A DNA stretch of 64,000 nt, from positions 35,556 to 99,555 of the forward strand of contig LBUF02000011.1 of the NCBI GenBank assembly GCA_000992445.2, read 5' to 3'. A model generated the notes under the pieces. It worked only from the letters and a program-made list of their open reading frames with translations, did not search any database and had not been told where the DNA came from. Shown here piece after piece: positions 9,329 through 18,684 of the stretch. Source of the DNA: Parcubacteria group bacterium GW2011_GWA2_38_13b. Lineage in GTDB: Bacteria; Patescibacteriota; Minisyncoccia; GWA2-38-13b. Both the position numbers and the translations under genes were made by a program. Position 1 is the stretch's first letter; every line of letters starts with the position of its first letter.

Positions 9329-10867
9329 TTATTCCAGTTTCATTGTAGGGAAAAGCACAGTTTCCCTTATCGATGATACGCCGGATAAAATCATGAACAA
9401 TCTATCTAACCCGACACCGAAACCCGCAGTTGGCGGCATTCCGTATTTTAACGCCTCAATAAAATCTTCATCTATCATTTGCGCCTCCTTATCGCCGGCT
9501 TCGCGAAGCCGCATCTGCTCTTCAAATCTTTTCTTTTGTTCAATCGGATCGTTTAATTCCGAAAAACCATTGCCCAATTCCGACCCCATTATTAATATTT
9601 GAAATCTTTCAACAAACCCCGGATCGTCTTTTTTTTCTTTCGCCAAAGGAGAAACAGAAATCGGATGGTCTATAAGAAATAGAGGACCGGTCAGTTTAGG
9701 ACGCGCAGTTTTTTTATAAACCTGGTCTATAATCCGTCCTAATCCCGCTTTTTTCTCAATTTCTATATTTATTTTACGCTTATTTATTTCTTTTATAATA
9801 TCTTCTCTTGTTTTGATGCCATCCAAATTAATACCCGAATATTTTTCAAATACATCTTTATATTTAAGCCGCGGCCATATTTGATTAAAATTTAATCTTG
9901 TCCCTTCGTATTCAAACTCTAATTTGCCGAAAATTTTCTGGGCAACCTTTTTATACATACTTTCCGTGAAATCCATCAGTTGATTATAGTCCCAGTAAGC
10001 GCGGTAAAATTCCAATAAAGTAAATTCCTGCAAATGTTCGCGGGACATTCCTTCGTTGCGGAAAACCTTGCCGATTTCAAAAACTTTGTTAAATCCGCCG
10101 ACTATCAACCGTTTTAAATGAAGCTCCAGTGAAATTCGCAAATGTAAATCAATATTTAATGTATTATGATGCGTAATGAACGGTTCGGCTTCCGCGCCGC
10201 CGGGTATACTTTCCAAAACAGGCGTTTCTACTTCCAAAAAACCGTCTTCTTTCAAATAATTTCTGAAATTGTCAATAAAACGACTTCTTTCGATAAAAAG
10301 CTTGCGCACCTCGGGATTCATCATTAAATCAAGATAACGCTGCCGCAATCTTGATTCAAAATCCTTTAAACCGTACCATTTTTCAGGTATTGGAATCAAC
10401 GCTTTGCTTAATAGCCTGTATGAATCGGCAATTAGACTTTTTTCTCCTCGTTTTGTAGTAAAAGGAATGCCATTAACTTCCATAAAATCTCCTTTGCCAA
10501 AATTATCAGAAAAAAATTTATAATTTTCATCGCCTAACTTGTCTTTTTTAAAATAAACCTGCAGTTTCCCTGTCCCATCTTCAATGTCGACGAACGTTGA
10601 TCCTCCGTGTTCACGAACAGACATAATACGACCGGCTACTGATAATTTCCCGTTGATTGACAATGCTTCAAAATCTGATTTAATTTCTTCGCACGAATAA
10701 TCGCGATTTACTTTCGAGGGATACGGATCAATGCCGGATTTTTTTATATTTTCCAATTTTTTAATATAACCGGCTAAAACATTTTTAAAATTATCCGACA
10801 TAATCTTCCCGGACATATCCGATTTTACCGATTTTTTAAAATCCGCTTTTTTATGTTTTTTATCCAT
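9329..10867 (-). CDS. lysS: Lysyl-tRNA synthetase, class II
   Basis: OB-fold N-domain, FRNEG motif 2 region and GFGVGLDRL motif 3. Confidence 0.95.
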   Translation of the reverse strand: MDKKHKKADFKKSVKSDMSGKIMSDNFKNVLAGYIKKLENIKKSGIDPYPSKVNRDYSCEEIKSDFEALSINGKLSVAGRIMSVREHGGSTFVDIEDGTGKLQVYFKKDKLGDENYKFFSDNFGKGDFMEVNGIPFTTKRGEKSLIADSYRLLSKALIPIPEKWYGLKDFESRLRQRYLDLMMNPEVRKLFIERSRFIDNFRNYLKEDGFLEVETPVLESIPGGAEAEPFITHHNTLNIDLHLRISLELHLKRLIVGGFNKVFEIGKVFRNEGMSREHLQEFTLLEFYRAYWDYNQLMDFTESMYKKVAQKIFGKLEFEYEGTRLNFNQIWPRLKYKDVFEKYSGINLDGIKTREDIIKEINKRKINIEIEKKAGLGRIIDQVYKKTARPKLTGPLFLIDHPISVSPLAKEKKDDPGFVERFQILIMGSELGNGFSELNDPIEQKKRFEEQMRLREAGDKEAQMIDEDFIEALKYGMPPTAGFGVGLDRLFMILSGVSSIRETVLFPTMKLE

Positions 10868-10878
10868 CGTAATTATAA

Positions 10879-11334
10879 TTATCTTATATCAATTATTTTA
10901 TATTTTACTTTTCCGCCGGGTGTTTCTACCTCGATTATATCATCCTTTTTTCTGCCCATAAAAGCTTCTCCCAAAGGAGATTCATTGGAAATAAAATTTT
11001 TATTCGGATCAACTTCTTCTGGTCCGACAATCGTAAAAACGTTTGTTTGATCTTTGGTTTTCACTTCCAATATCGAACCGATACCGGCAATATCCTGGTC
11101 TTTATTTTTTGCGACAATAACGCAACTTTTTAACGTTTCTTCCAATTTAATGATCTTGCCTTCATTAAACGCCTGGGCTTCTTTAGCTTCTTCATATTCC
11201 GCATTTTCAGAAATATCGCCCTGATTTTTCGCATCGCTGATTCGCTCGGCTATTTCGCTTCTTTTATTTTTTAAAAAATCCAATTTTTCTTTTATTTTTT
11301 GCAATCCCTTGGAACTGATAAAACGCTGACTCAT
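10879..11334 (-). CDS. greA: Transcription elongation factor GreA
   Basis: 151 aa. Has a coiled-coil N-domain with acidic tip and a C-terminal SPLGEAFMGRKKDD motif. Confidence 0.9.
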   Translation of the reverse strand: MSQRFISSKGLQKIKEKLDFLKNKRSEIAERISDAKNQGDISENAEYEEAKEAQAFNEGKIIKLEETLKSCVIVAKNKDQDIAGIGSILEVKTKDQTNVFTIVGPEEVDPNKNFISNESPLGEAFMGRKKDDIIEVETPGGKVKYKIIDIR

Positions 11335-11440
11335 AAAACAATTACAACTATTAATTTAACCGAATACCGGCATCAATGCGGCAAACAGCATTAGTAATAG
11401 TTATCTTTATTATACTTTATTTATGATATTTTCGTAATAA

Positions 11441-11524
11441 AGTAATCACGAATATACAAATTTTAAATAATATACGAGTATACTATTTGTATATTTGCAT
11501 AAATTCGTATATTCGCGATTACTC
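11441..11524 (-). repeat. Copy 1 of a roughly 85-nt palindromic intergenic element (ATATACGAAT boxes)
   Basis: 16-bp terminal inverted repeats AGTAATCACGAATATA / TATATTCGCGATTACT. A homologous copy lies at 27663-27747. This copy abuts the mrdA stop codon. Confidence 0.8.
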
Positions 11525-13461
11525 TATTTGTAATTTCCAAAATACCATTCCAGCACTTCTTTCGCAACCGGCACAGCCACGGAGCTTCCTTCTCCGCCTC
11601 CTTCAATCAGTACAACGATTGCCAAATTTGGATTATCAAACGGTGCGAATCCGATAAACCAGGCGTGATATTTTCCATCCGAACCGAATTGCGCGGTGCC
11701 GGTTTTACCGGCTACCTGCCGTGAAATTCCGGAAAGAGCTTGGGCTGAACCGCGCACCACGGCTTGCCTCATACCTTCACGCGCTATGTCGATATTTTTA
11801 TCGGAAATATTATCGTCAAATTCATTTGCTTTAATCGTTTTATATTGTTCATTATCTATTATTTTTTTTACTAAATAGGGCGTATGCCATTTGCCGGTTG
11901 CTATATAACTTGCAGCTGATACTAATTGTATCGGCGTTACCATCATATCTCCTTGACCGATTGAGGTATTGTAAGTATCGCCGATATACCAATCTTCATT
12001 TTTAACTTCATTTTTCCATTGCGGATCGGGAATTATTCCTATCGCTTCCCCGGGCAAATCAATGCCTGTTTTTAAACCAAAATGAAATTTATTCAAATAA
12101 TATTTTATTCTATCTATGCCCAAACCCTTAATATTCCCGTAACCGCCGCCAAGAGTATAGAAATAAACGTTGGATGATTGCGCTATGGCATCAATTATAT
12201 TTATCGATCCGTGTTCTTTCCAATCATGAAATGTATAAAAAACGTCGGGATTATATTGATCCGCAATCGTGATCGCGCCGGCCGCAAATATCTTTTTATA
12301 GGGAGAAATCAATCCTTCTTCAAGAATTCCTGCCGCCAAAAAAGGCTTAACGGTTGAACCGGGCGGATAAATTCCGGATACCGCCCTATTAAACAATGGT
12401 TTGGCCGGGTCATTGAAAACATCTTGCGGATTGGCAAAAGACGAACCGCCAGCGTTAAATGCGCTAAACGTATTATTATCGAAAGAAGGAAAACTTACAA
12501 GCGCCAATGTTTCGCCGGTAGCCGGATGAACAATAATTGCCGCACCCTTGCGCAAGTTCAATGATTTTAATTTACGCAACATAACATCGTAAAGTTTTTT
12601 CTGCAAATTATAATCGATGGTTAAAACAAGATTTTTGCCGGCCAATGGTTCTTTCACGACGACGGGCTTATTTTCGGAATTTTTTTGATTAGCTTCAATT
12701 TTTTGTTCCCCGGCCACACCTCGCAATTCCCCTTCGTAATAAGATTCTATTCCGTCTTTACCGATAAAATCATTAATTGAATATTTATTATCTTTTAATA
12801 TTTCATCCGGAGAAATTTTTCCCACATAACCTAAAATATGAGAAAAATATTCTCCGTCAACATATTTTCGAAAATTTTTTTGCTTTAAATAAACTCCGTT
12901 AATATCGTTTATCTGCGATTCGAATAAAAGAGCCGAATCATAATCGATATTTTCTTTGATTACAACTTCGCCCAAAAAATAATTCCCTCTTTTTTTTATT
13001 AAACCGGAAATTTTATCATTTGTTTCTCCGATTATTTTGCTTAATTTATCTGTTAGCACAGTTCTTTCAGGGGAATTAACGGGAAAAAAAGCGGGAATAA
13101 CGATTAGATCAAAAGAGGATCCATTGAATACGAGCTGGCGTCCGGATCGATCAAAAATAATTCCGCGCGGCGCTTCTATGCTTATGCTGCGCATTTTATT
13201 GGACTTGGCTATTTGAGAAAAATAATCATAACGGAAAATTTGCATATATAAAACCTTGCCTCCGAAAACAACAAGAAGAATTGATGTAATAATAAAAAAA
13301 ATAATGATGTTCGCCTGTTTTATCGGAACTTCCACCTGTCCCATGGAATCAACCGTTATATTTGACGGGTCGAAAAAAATTTCTTCCGGTTCGATTGTTT
13401 CTTTGGAATTAAATTTAATTTTATATTTTGACAAAATATTCATATACCTTTCTTTTTCCAA
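11524..13461 (-). CDS. mrdA: Penicillin-binding protein 2 (elongation transpeptidase)
   Basis: SxxK (GSTVKP), SxN (SSN) and KTG (GKTGTA) motifs. It lies downstream of mreBCD. Confidence 0.9.
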   Translation of the reverse strand: MEKERYMNILSKYKIKFNSKETIEPEEIFFDPSNITVDSMGQVEVPIKQANIIIFFIITSILLVVFGGKVLYMQIFRYDYFSQIAKSNKMRSISIEAPRGIIFDRSGRQLVFNGSSFDLIVIPAFFPVNSPERTVLTDKLSKIIGETNDKISGLIKKRGNYFLGEVVIKENIDYDSALLFESQINDINGVYLKQKNFRKYVDGEYFSHILGYVGKISPDEILKDNKYSINDFIGKDGIESYYEGELRGVAGEQKIEANQKNSENKPVVVKEPLAGKNLVLTIDYNLQKKLYDVMLRKLKSLNLRKGAAIIVHPATGETLALVSFPSFDNNTFSAFNAGGSSFANPQDVFNDPAKPLFNRAVSGIYPPGSTVKPFLAAGILEEGLISPYKKIFAAGAITIADQYNPDVFYTFHDWKEHGSINIIDAIAQSSNVYFYTLGGGYGNIKGLGIDRIKYYLNKFHFGLKTGIDLPGEAIGIIPDPQWKNEVKNEDWYIGDTYNTSIGQGDMMVTPIQLVSAASYIATGKWHTPYLVKKIIDNEQYKTIKANEFDDNISDKNIDIAREGMRQAVVRGSAQALSGISRQVAGKTGTAQFGSDGKYHAWFIGFAPFDNPNLAIVVLIEGGGEGSSVAVPVAKEVLEWYFGNYK

Positions 13462-13915
13462 ACCAATAAGACAAAAAAATTATAATAATAAGATTAAATG
13501 CCAGAGCCGTAAAAAATGTATTATTAAAAAAAATGATTAAATCATTGCGGGCGATTATTCGATAATCGGCAAACTGCGCCGCAATTTCAACGCAACCCCA
13601 GATTAAAAATTCATAAAATAATAAAACTATAAATAAATTTATAAACAAACTTTTAAAATTTAAACTAAAAATCCGCTGCAAAAATAAAAATAACAAAACA
13701 GAAAAAATCAAACTTACCGTTAAAATTCCGGGGGGCAAGGCGGAAATGCGATCGAAAATCAATCCGACTGCCAATATTAACGAAAGAAAATAATTAACCG
13801 GCAAAATAAAACTTGCAGCCAGGGAAGCCATTAAAACAACTTCTGCGCCGGCAGGCAAAACCGCCACTTTAAACCAAATCAAAATTAACAATAAAAAGGG
13901 TAAAAAATATTTCAC
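13421..13915 (-). CDS. mreD: Rod shape-determining protein MreD; start revised to the GTG at 13915
   Basis: Polytopic small membrane protein after mreC. The GTG is preceded by CTTCTAACGGG, the same context seen at four other GTG starts in this window. The ORF-track ATG at 13954 would add 13 aa. Confidence 0.65.
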   Translation of the reverse strand: MKYFLPFLLLILIWFKVAVLPAGAEVVLMASLAASFILPVNYFLSLILAVGLIFDRISALPPGILTVSLIFSVLLFLFLQRIFSLNFKSLFINLFIVLLFYEFLIWGCVEIAAQFADYRIIARNDLIIFFNNTFFTALAFNLIIIIFLSYWFGKRKVYEYFVKI

Positions 13916-14024
13916 CCCGTTAGAAGTCTGTATTGCGCTGTTTGCCGTTGCCATAAAAATATAATAATGTTTTACGCATTTTCCCCGTTAATGCCGCGCA
14001 TAAAAATTTCCGACGGGGTTCGTG

Positions 14025-14837
14025 CTAATTTTTAAGAATATAAACCCATTCAATATCCATAATATTTTCTCCGCTTTTAATCAAAATATCTTTAAAAGGT
14101 TTATCCGCGTCGGACATAATATCCATAACATAGCCGATTAAAATACCGGACGGAAAATTATCATTAATACCCGATGTTATTACCGCTTCATTGATCTGGA
14201 TATCCTTGTCTTGAGGCACGAGCTCCAAAATCAAAGAAAGCCCATACCTTCCCTTCAAAACCCCCTGAACTCTCGAATTCTTGGTTATCGCATTGATGGA
14301 ACTGCCCGGAGCGACAACCGGAATAAAGTGAGAATAAATAGAATTTACTTTTTTTATTTGTCCGATAAAAACACCGCTTTGAGAAATTACGGCCGCGTTT
14401 TCCATAATGCCGAAATTGTTTCCTTTATCAATAATAATAAAACCGCTTAACGCCGCCGGATCTTTCCCGATAATGCGCGCCGGCACAAGATCGTATTTCT
14501 CCGATTTTTCAAGATTTAAAGCGATTCGCAATAATTCGTTTTCAATTTTCAATTCTTCCAACTTAATATTCTTCACAACAAGCTTTTTGTTTTCTAAATG
14601 AAGTTGCTCATTTTCATGTTTTAGAGCGCTTATATGCGCAAATAAACCGAAAAAATCGGTTGTTTTTTTCGAAATTACGGAAAAAATTTTTACAGGAAAA
14701 ACAATTGTCGAATCCAATGTTTTTATTGAAAAAATTGCCGAAAATTTTCCGTTTTCATCGGAAAAATTGAAAAAAAACAACGTAAAAATAATAATCAATA
14801 ACGCTATTACGATAATAATATTTCGAAAACTGATCAT
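14025..14837 (-). CDS. mreC: Rod shape-determining protein MreC
   Basis: N-terminal TM, coiled coil and beta-rich C-domain. It sits between mreB and mreD. Confidence 0.85.
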   Translation of the reverse strand: MISFRNIIIVIALLIIIFTLFFFNFSDENGKFSAIFSIKTLDSTIVFPVKIFSVISKKTTDFFGLFAHISALKHENEQLHLENKKLVVKNIKLEELKIENELLRIALNLEKSEKYDLVPARIIGKDPAALSGFIIIDKGNNFGIMENAAVISQSGVFIGQIKKVNSIYSHFIPVVAPGSSINAITKNSRVQGVLKGRYGLSLILELVPQDKDIQINEAVITSGINDNFPSGILIGYVMDIMSDADKPFKDILIKSGENIMDIEWVYILKN

Positions 14838-14844
14838 TTTTTAT

Positions 14845-15897
14845 TTATTTTGGCGATTCGAGGTTATCGGTATCAACCAAAATTTCGGCTAATTCGTCAA
14901 GTTTTTCCAGCACAAATCCAGTTCCCCTAACTACGGCGGTCAATGGATCGTCGGCCACTGTTACTGAAATTTTAGTTTCTTTCTGTATTGAATTTGCCAA
15001 ACCCCTTAAAAGACTTCCACCGCCAGCAAGAATGATTCCGTGGCTCATTAAATCGGCAAGTAACTCCGGCGGCGTTTCTTCAACGGTGCTGCGAATCGCA
15101 TCTACTAAAAATTTGACCGAACGATTCATAGCTTTTCTTATATGAACATCATTAACTATGATTTCTTTTGGAAGTCCCGTTACTATATCGCGCCCGCGCA
15201 TAGGCGCTTCCAATAATTCTTCTTGTTCTTCGGTGGAACCGACGGCTATTTTGATATTTTCAGCCGTACGTTCTCCGAGAAGAAGGTTAAATTCGTCTCG
15301 GGCATATTGGATGATATCTTCGTTTAATTTATCTCCGGCTATCCTCAAGCTCTTGCTTAAAACAATGCCTCCCAAAGAAATAACCGCGACTTCCGTTGTT
15401 CCGCCGCCAATATCAACAATCATACTAGCCAATGCTTCTTGAATAGGAAGACGCGCGCCCAAAGCCGCCGCTATCGGTTCTTCAATCAAGAATACTTCGC
15501 GCGCGCCGGCATTTTTCGCCGCGTCAATTACCGCTTTTTTCTCAACCTCCGTAACGCCGGAAGGTATAGCCGCAACAACGCGGGGACGAGGCATAAAATT
15601 GAATTTTCCTTCATGCGCCTTGTTAAAAAAATATTTCAACATTTGTTCGGTAACCTCAAAATCGGATATTACTCCGTTTACCAAAGGACGCAATGCGACA
15701 ATATGAGCCGGCGTACGACCAACCATATTTTTCGCCGCCGAACCAATGGCCAACACTTGTCCTGTTTTTTGATTAATAGCGACTACCGACGGTTCGTTAA
15801 TAACGATTCCTTTATCTTTAACGTAAACAAGAGTATTCGCGGTACCCAAATCAATGCCAAGATCTTTTGAGAATAAGCCAAAAAATTTATTAAGCAA
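14845..15897 (-). CDS. mreB: Actin-like rod shape protein MreB (TTG start)
   Basis: DLGTANTLVY phosphate-1 motif and DIGGGTTEVAVISLGG motif. Confidence 0.95.
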   Translation of the reverse strand: MLNKFFGLFSKDLGIDLGTANTLVYVKDKGIVINEPSVVAINQKTGQVLAIGSAAKNMVGRTPAHIVALRPLVNGVISDFEVTEQMLKYFFNKAHEGKFNFMPRPRVVAAIPSGVTEVEKKAVIDAAKNAGAREVFLIEEPIAAALGARLPIQEALASMIVDIGGGTTEVAVISLGGIVLSKSLRIAGDKLNEDIIQYARDEFNLLLGERTAENIKIAVGSTEEQEELLEAPMRGRDIVTGLPKEIIVNDVHIRKAMNRSVKFLVDAIRSTVEETPPELLADLMSHGIILAGGGSLLRGLANSIQKETKISVTVADDPLTAVVRGTGFVLEKLDELAEILVDTDNLESPK

Positions 15898-15921
15898 AAT
15901 AGAAATTTTTTATTTTTAATA

Positions 15922-17148
15922 TTATTGTAAAATATTATTCAGTTCGGCATAACTTACGATTGAAACTTTATTTTCATTGCGTTTTTTCACTTCCGCTTTT
16001 TTATTTACCGCCGTTTTAGCGCTTATTACAATCCTGAACGGCATCCCCATCAGATCCGCATCCGTGAATTTCTCTCCAGGCGTTTTATCCAGCCTGTCAT
16101 CGTACAATACATCAATGCCAGATTTTAGCAAAGCCGTATAAACCCTATCAGATTCCTTGTTTTGTCCCAAACTTATCAGATGCGCCGCGAAAGGACTTAA
16201 CGCCTGCGGCCACACCAACCCCTTTTCGTCGTTGTGAATTTCCGCGACAGCGGCCATTGCCCTGCCAATACCTATACCATAAGAACCCATATATACGATA
16301 TTATCTTTGCCGTTACTGTCTTTAAATTTAACATTAAGAGATCTAGAATACTTCAATCCCAATTTAAACGTTTGACCAAGTTCTACCGCACTCGTCTCTT
16401 TTAATTCAATTTTACATTTTTGACAAATTTTAGCGTTCGCAAGCACTTCAATATTCGCTTTATATCCGCATTGTTCGCAAAAAGCGATTTTATCTTCCCC
16501 CGCTTCGGAAATAAGCATAAATTCGTGCGATTGACCCTGTCCCATTACGCCGCCGGACGCTTCAACCGGTACGGCTTCAAGCGATAAATTTTTAAATATC
16601 CTGCCATAACTTTCATAAAATTTTTCATAAGACTCGTCCATTCCTTTTTCATCTTTATCAAAAGAATAAGCATCCTGCATTAAAAATTCTTTGGCGCGCA
16701 ACATTCCTCCGCGAGCGCGCAATTCATCTCTGATTTTTACTTGAAACTGGTTGACCAAAATAGGCAAATCTTTATAGGTCTTAATAATTGTTTCGGCTAT
16801 GTATGCCGCTATTTCTTCGTGCGTCATCGCCAAAACGAAATCTTCTCCCTCGCGATTTTTAATTTTCCAAAGTTCGTCTCCGATATCCTGAAAACGACCG
16901 GTCTGTTTCCAAATTCTGGCCGGATGCACAATGGGCATAGATATTTCTTGCGCTTCAAATTGATCAAAATCGTTTCTGATTATATTTTTTATTTTTTCAA
17001 AAACGCGGAATCCCAAAGGACTCAACGCATAAATTCCGGCGCTAACCGGAAAAATAAAACCGCCCCTAAGCAATAACTTATGGCTTACGGACTTAACATC
17101 ATCGGAAATATTTCTTATTGTTTTAGCGAATAAGTGAGATTGTTTCAT
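15922..17148 (-). CDS. proS: Prolyl-tRNA synthetase, bacterial type without INS editing domain
   Basis: Class II core plus a C-terminal anticodon-binding domain. Only about 35 aa (with CxxC...CxxC) occupy the place of the INS insertion. Confidence 0.85.
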   Translation of the reverse strand: MKQSHLFAKTIRNISDDVKSVSHKLLLRGGFIFPVSAGIYALSPLGFRVFEKIKNIIRNDFDQFEAQEISMPIVHPARIWKQTGRFQDIGDELWKIKNREGEDFVLAMTHEEIAAYIAETIIKTYKDLPILVNQFQVKIRDELRARGGMLRAKEFLMQDAYSFDKDEKGMDESYEKFYESYGRIFKNLSLEAVPVEASGGVMGQGQSHEFMLISEAGEDKIAFCEQCGYKANIEVLANAKICQKCKIELKETSAVELGQTFKLGLKYSRSLNVKFKDSNGKDNIVYMGSYGIGIGRAMAAVAEIHNDEKGLVWPQALSPFAAHLISLGQNKESDRVYTALLKSGIDVLYDDRLDKTPGEKFTDADLMGMPFRIVISAKTAVNKKAEVKKRNENKVSIVSYAELNNILQ

Positions 17149-17151
17149 TTC

Positions 17152-18237
17152 TTAAATTTCTTTATCCAATTCCTCTAGCAACTTTTTAGCGTTTTTGGAG
17201 AGTTTTTTTGGCATTTTGACTTTTATTTTTACGTACATATCGCCCCTTCCGTATCTTTGAAAATTCGGCAATCCCTTGCCCTTTAATTGTATCATTTCCC
17301 CCGCTTCCGTGCCAGCCGACATATTCAATTTTAAATTGCCGTCTATTGCCGGTATTTCCACACCGCATCCCAACGCAAGTTGCGTAAACTTCAACGTTAA
17401 ATCACAATATAAATCCGCGTTTTTTCTTTGAAAAATTTTATGTGGCTTAATATGAACAACAACGTAAAGATCTCCGGCAACTCCGTTTTTTATTGCTTCA
17501 CCTTCACCGGAAAATTGCAACGCTCCTCCATCTTCAATTCCGGCGGGAATATTTAACGCTATGGAATCGCGCGATTTTATTATACCCGTTCCCTTGCAAT
17601 GCAAACAATTTTTTTCCGGAATTTTTCCGGCTCCTCCGCATTTATCGCAAACCGACTCTTGGATAAATGTCCCAAAAAGAATTCTGCGGTGTTCTCTTAT
17701 CTTGCCGGATCCTTTGCATTTATCGCATACTTTCGTTCCCAAAGACGGTTCCGCTCCATCGCCCCTGCAAATGGAACATAAATTATTTTTATTTATTTCC
17801 ACGTTGCGCGAAATGCCGCTAAAAACTTCTTCCAGCGATATTTCAATATCAACGGAAATATCGTTCCCCTTTCTGGTTCCGGCTGTTCGTCCGCGCCTGC
17901 CGCCGAAAATATCGCCAAATATGTCGCCGAGATCCAAATCACCGAAATTAAAATTAAATCCATCGCTTCCTCTTGCGGCGCGCATAAAATCTTCCCAGTT
18001 AGTTCCACCGCCAAAACCGCCCTGTTGCGCAAAATCAGCGCCAAATTGATTATAACGCTGACGCTTTTCCTCGTTTCCTAAAACCTGATATGCTTCGTTA
18101 ATCTCTTTGAATTTCTGTTCATCCCCGCCCGCTTTATCTGGATGATACTGATGAGCGAGCCTTCTAAAGGCTCGCTTTATCTCTTCCTGTGAAGCGTTTT
18201 TTAAAACGCCTAAAATTTTATAATAATCTTTTGACAT
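17152..18237 (-). CDS. dnaJ: Chaperone DnaJ
   Basis: J-domain HPD (YHPDK), a G/F-rich linker and four CxxCxGxG zinc repeats. Confidence 0.95.
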   Translation of the reverse strand: MSKDYYKILGVLKNASQEEIKRAFRRLAHQYHPDKAGGDEQKFKEINEAYQVLGNEEKRQRYNQFGADFAQQGGFGGGTNWEDFMRAARGSDGFNFNFGDLDLGDIFGDIFGGRRGRTAGTRKGNDISVDIEISLEEVFSGISRNVEINKNNLCSICRGDGAEPSLGTKVCDKCKGSGKIREHRRILFGTFIQESVCDKCGGAGKIPEKNCLHCKGTGIIKSRDSIALNIPAGIEDGGALQFSGEGEAIKNGVAGDLYVVVHIKPHKIFQRKNADLYCDLTLKFTQLALGCGVEIPAIDGNLKLNMSAGTEAGEMIQLKGKGLPNFQRYGRGDMYVKIKVKMPKKLSKNAKKLLEELDKEI

Positions 18238-18263
18238 TTTTCCGTTTTAACGATACCTCAAAA

Positions 18264-18611
18264 CTATATAGTTGTTGTAAACTTTTGACCGCATTTTTTA
18301 CAAGTGAAATCAATAGAAACAACATTCCCTTTTTTGTCTTTTTGCATTTCATTGGTTAAATATTCATTACATAATATATGCCGTCTTTTATTAGCTTCAA
18401 AAACTACATCACCGGCATTCTGGGCCTCTTCTATGGTTGGCACATATTTCTTAAATCCCAATGATTTTACCGATTCAAAATGTTTTTTTTCTCCGGCATG
18501 TTTGGCGCAATCTTCTTGATTCCCATTGAATTTGCATCCTCCATTCCCGCATTTAAAGAATTCTTTCTCATATTTTTTGGTTATTTTCGGTTCCGTTTCT
18601 TTGATATTCAT
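18264..18611 (-). CDS. Cys/His-rich 115-aa hypothetical protein inside the dnaK operon
   Basis: CGNGGC...C..H.....H near the N-terminus and CKKC near the C-terminus. It is co-oriented between dnaK and dnaJ. Confidence 0.55.
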   Translation of the reverse strand: MNIKETEPKITKKYEKEFFKCGNGGCKFNGNQEDCAKHAGEKKHFESVKSLGFKKYVPTIEEAQNAGDVVFEANKRRHILCNEYLTNEMQKDKKGNVVSIDFTCKKCGQKFTTTI

Positions 18612-18684
18612 AATTATATAATTACCCGGAAATACTATTGCTAATAATATCTATGATTAGGAATAAAAATTCCGAAGCTCTATT

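Noticed and set aside
17561-18049. 162-aa and other long ORFs antisense to dnaJ, mreB (15439-15870), the lytic transglycosylase (25127-25534), rpoB (51547-51975) and ftsK (43714-44127)
   Set aside because: All lie opposite strongly conserved genes and give low-complexity translations. They are ordinary shadow ORFs of an AT-rich genome.
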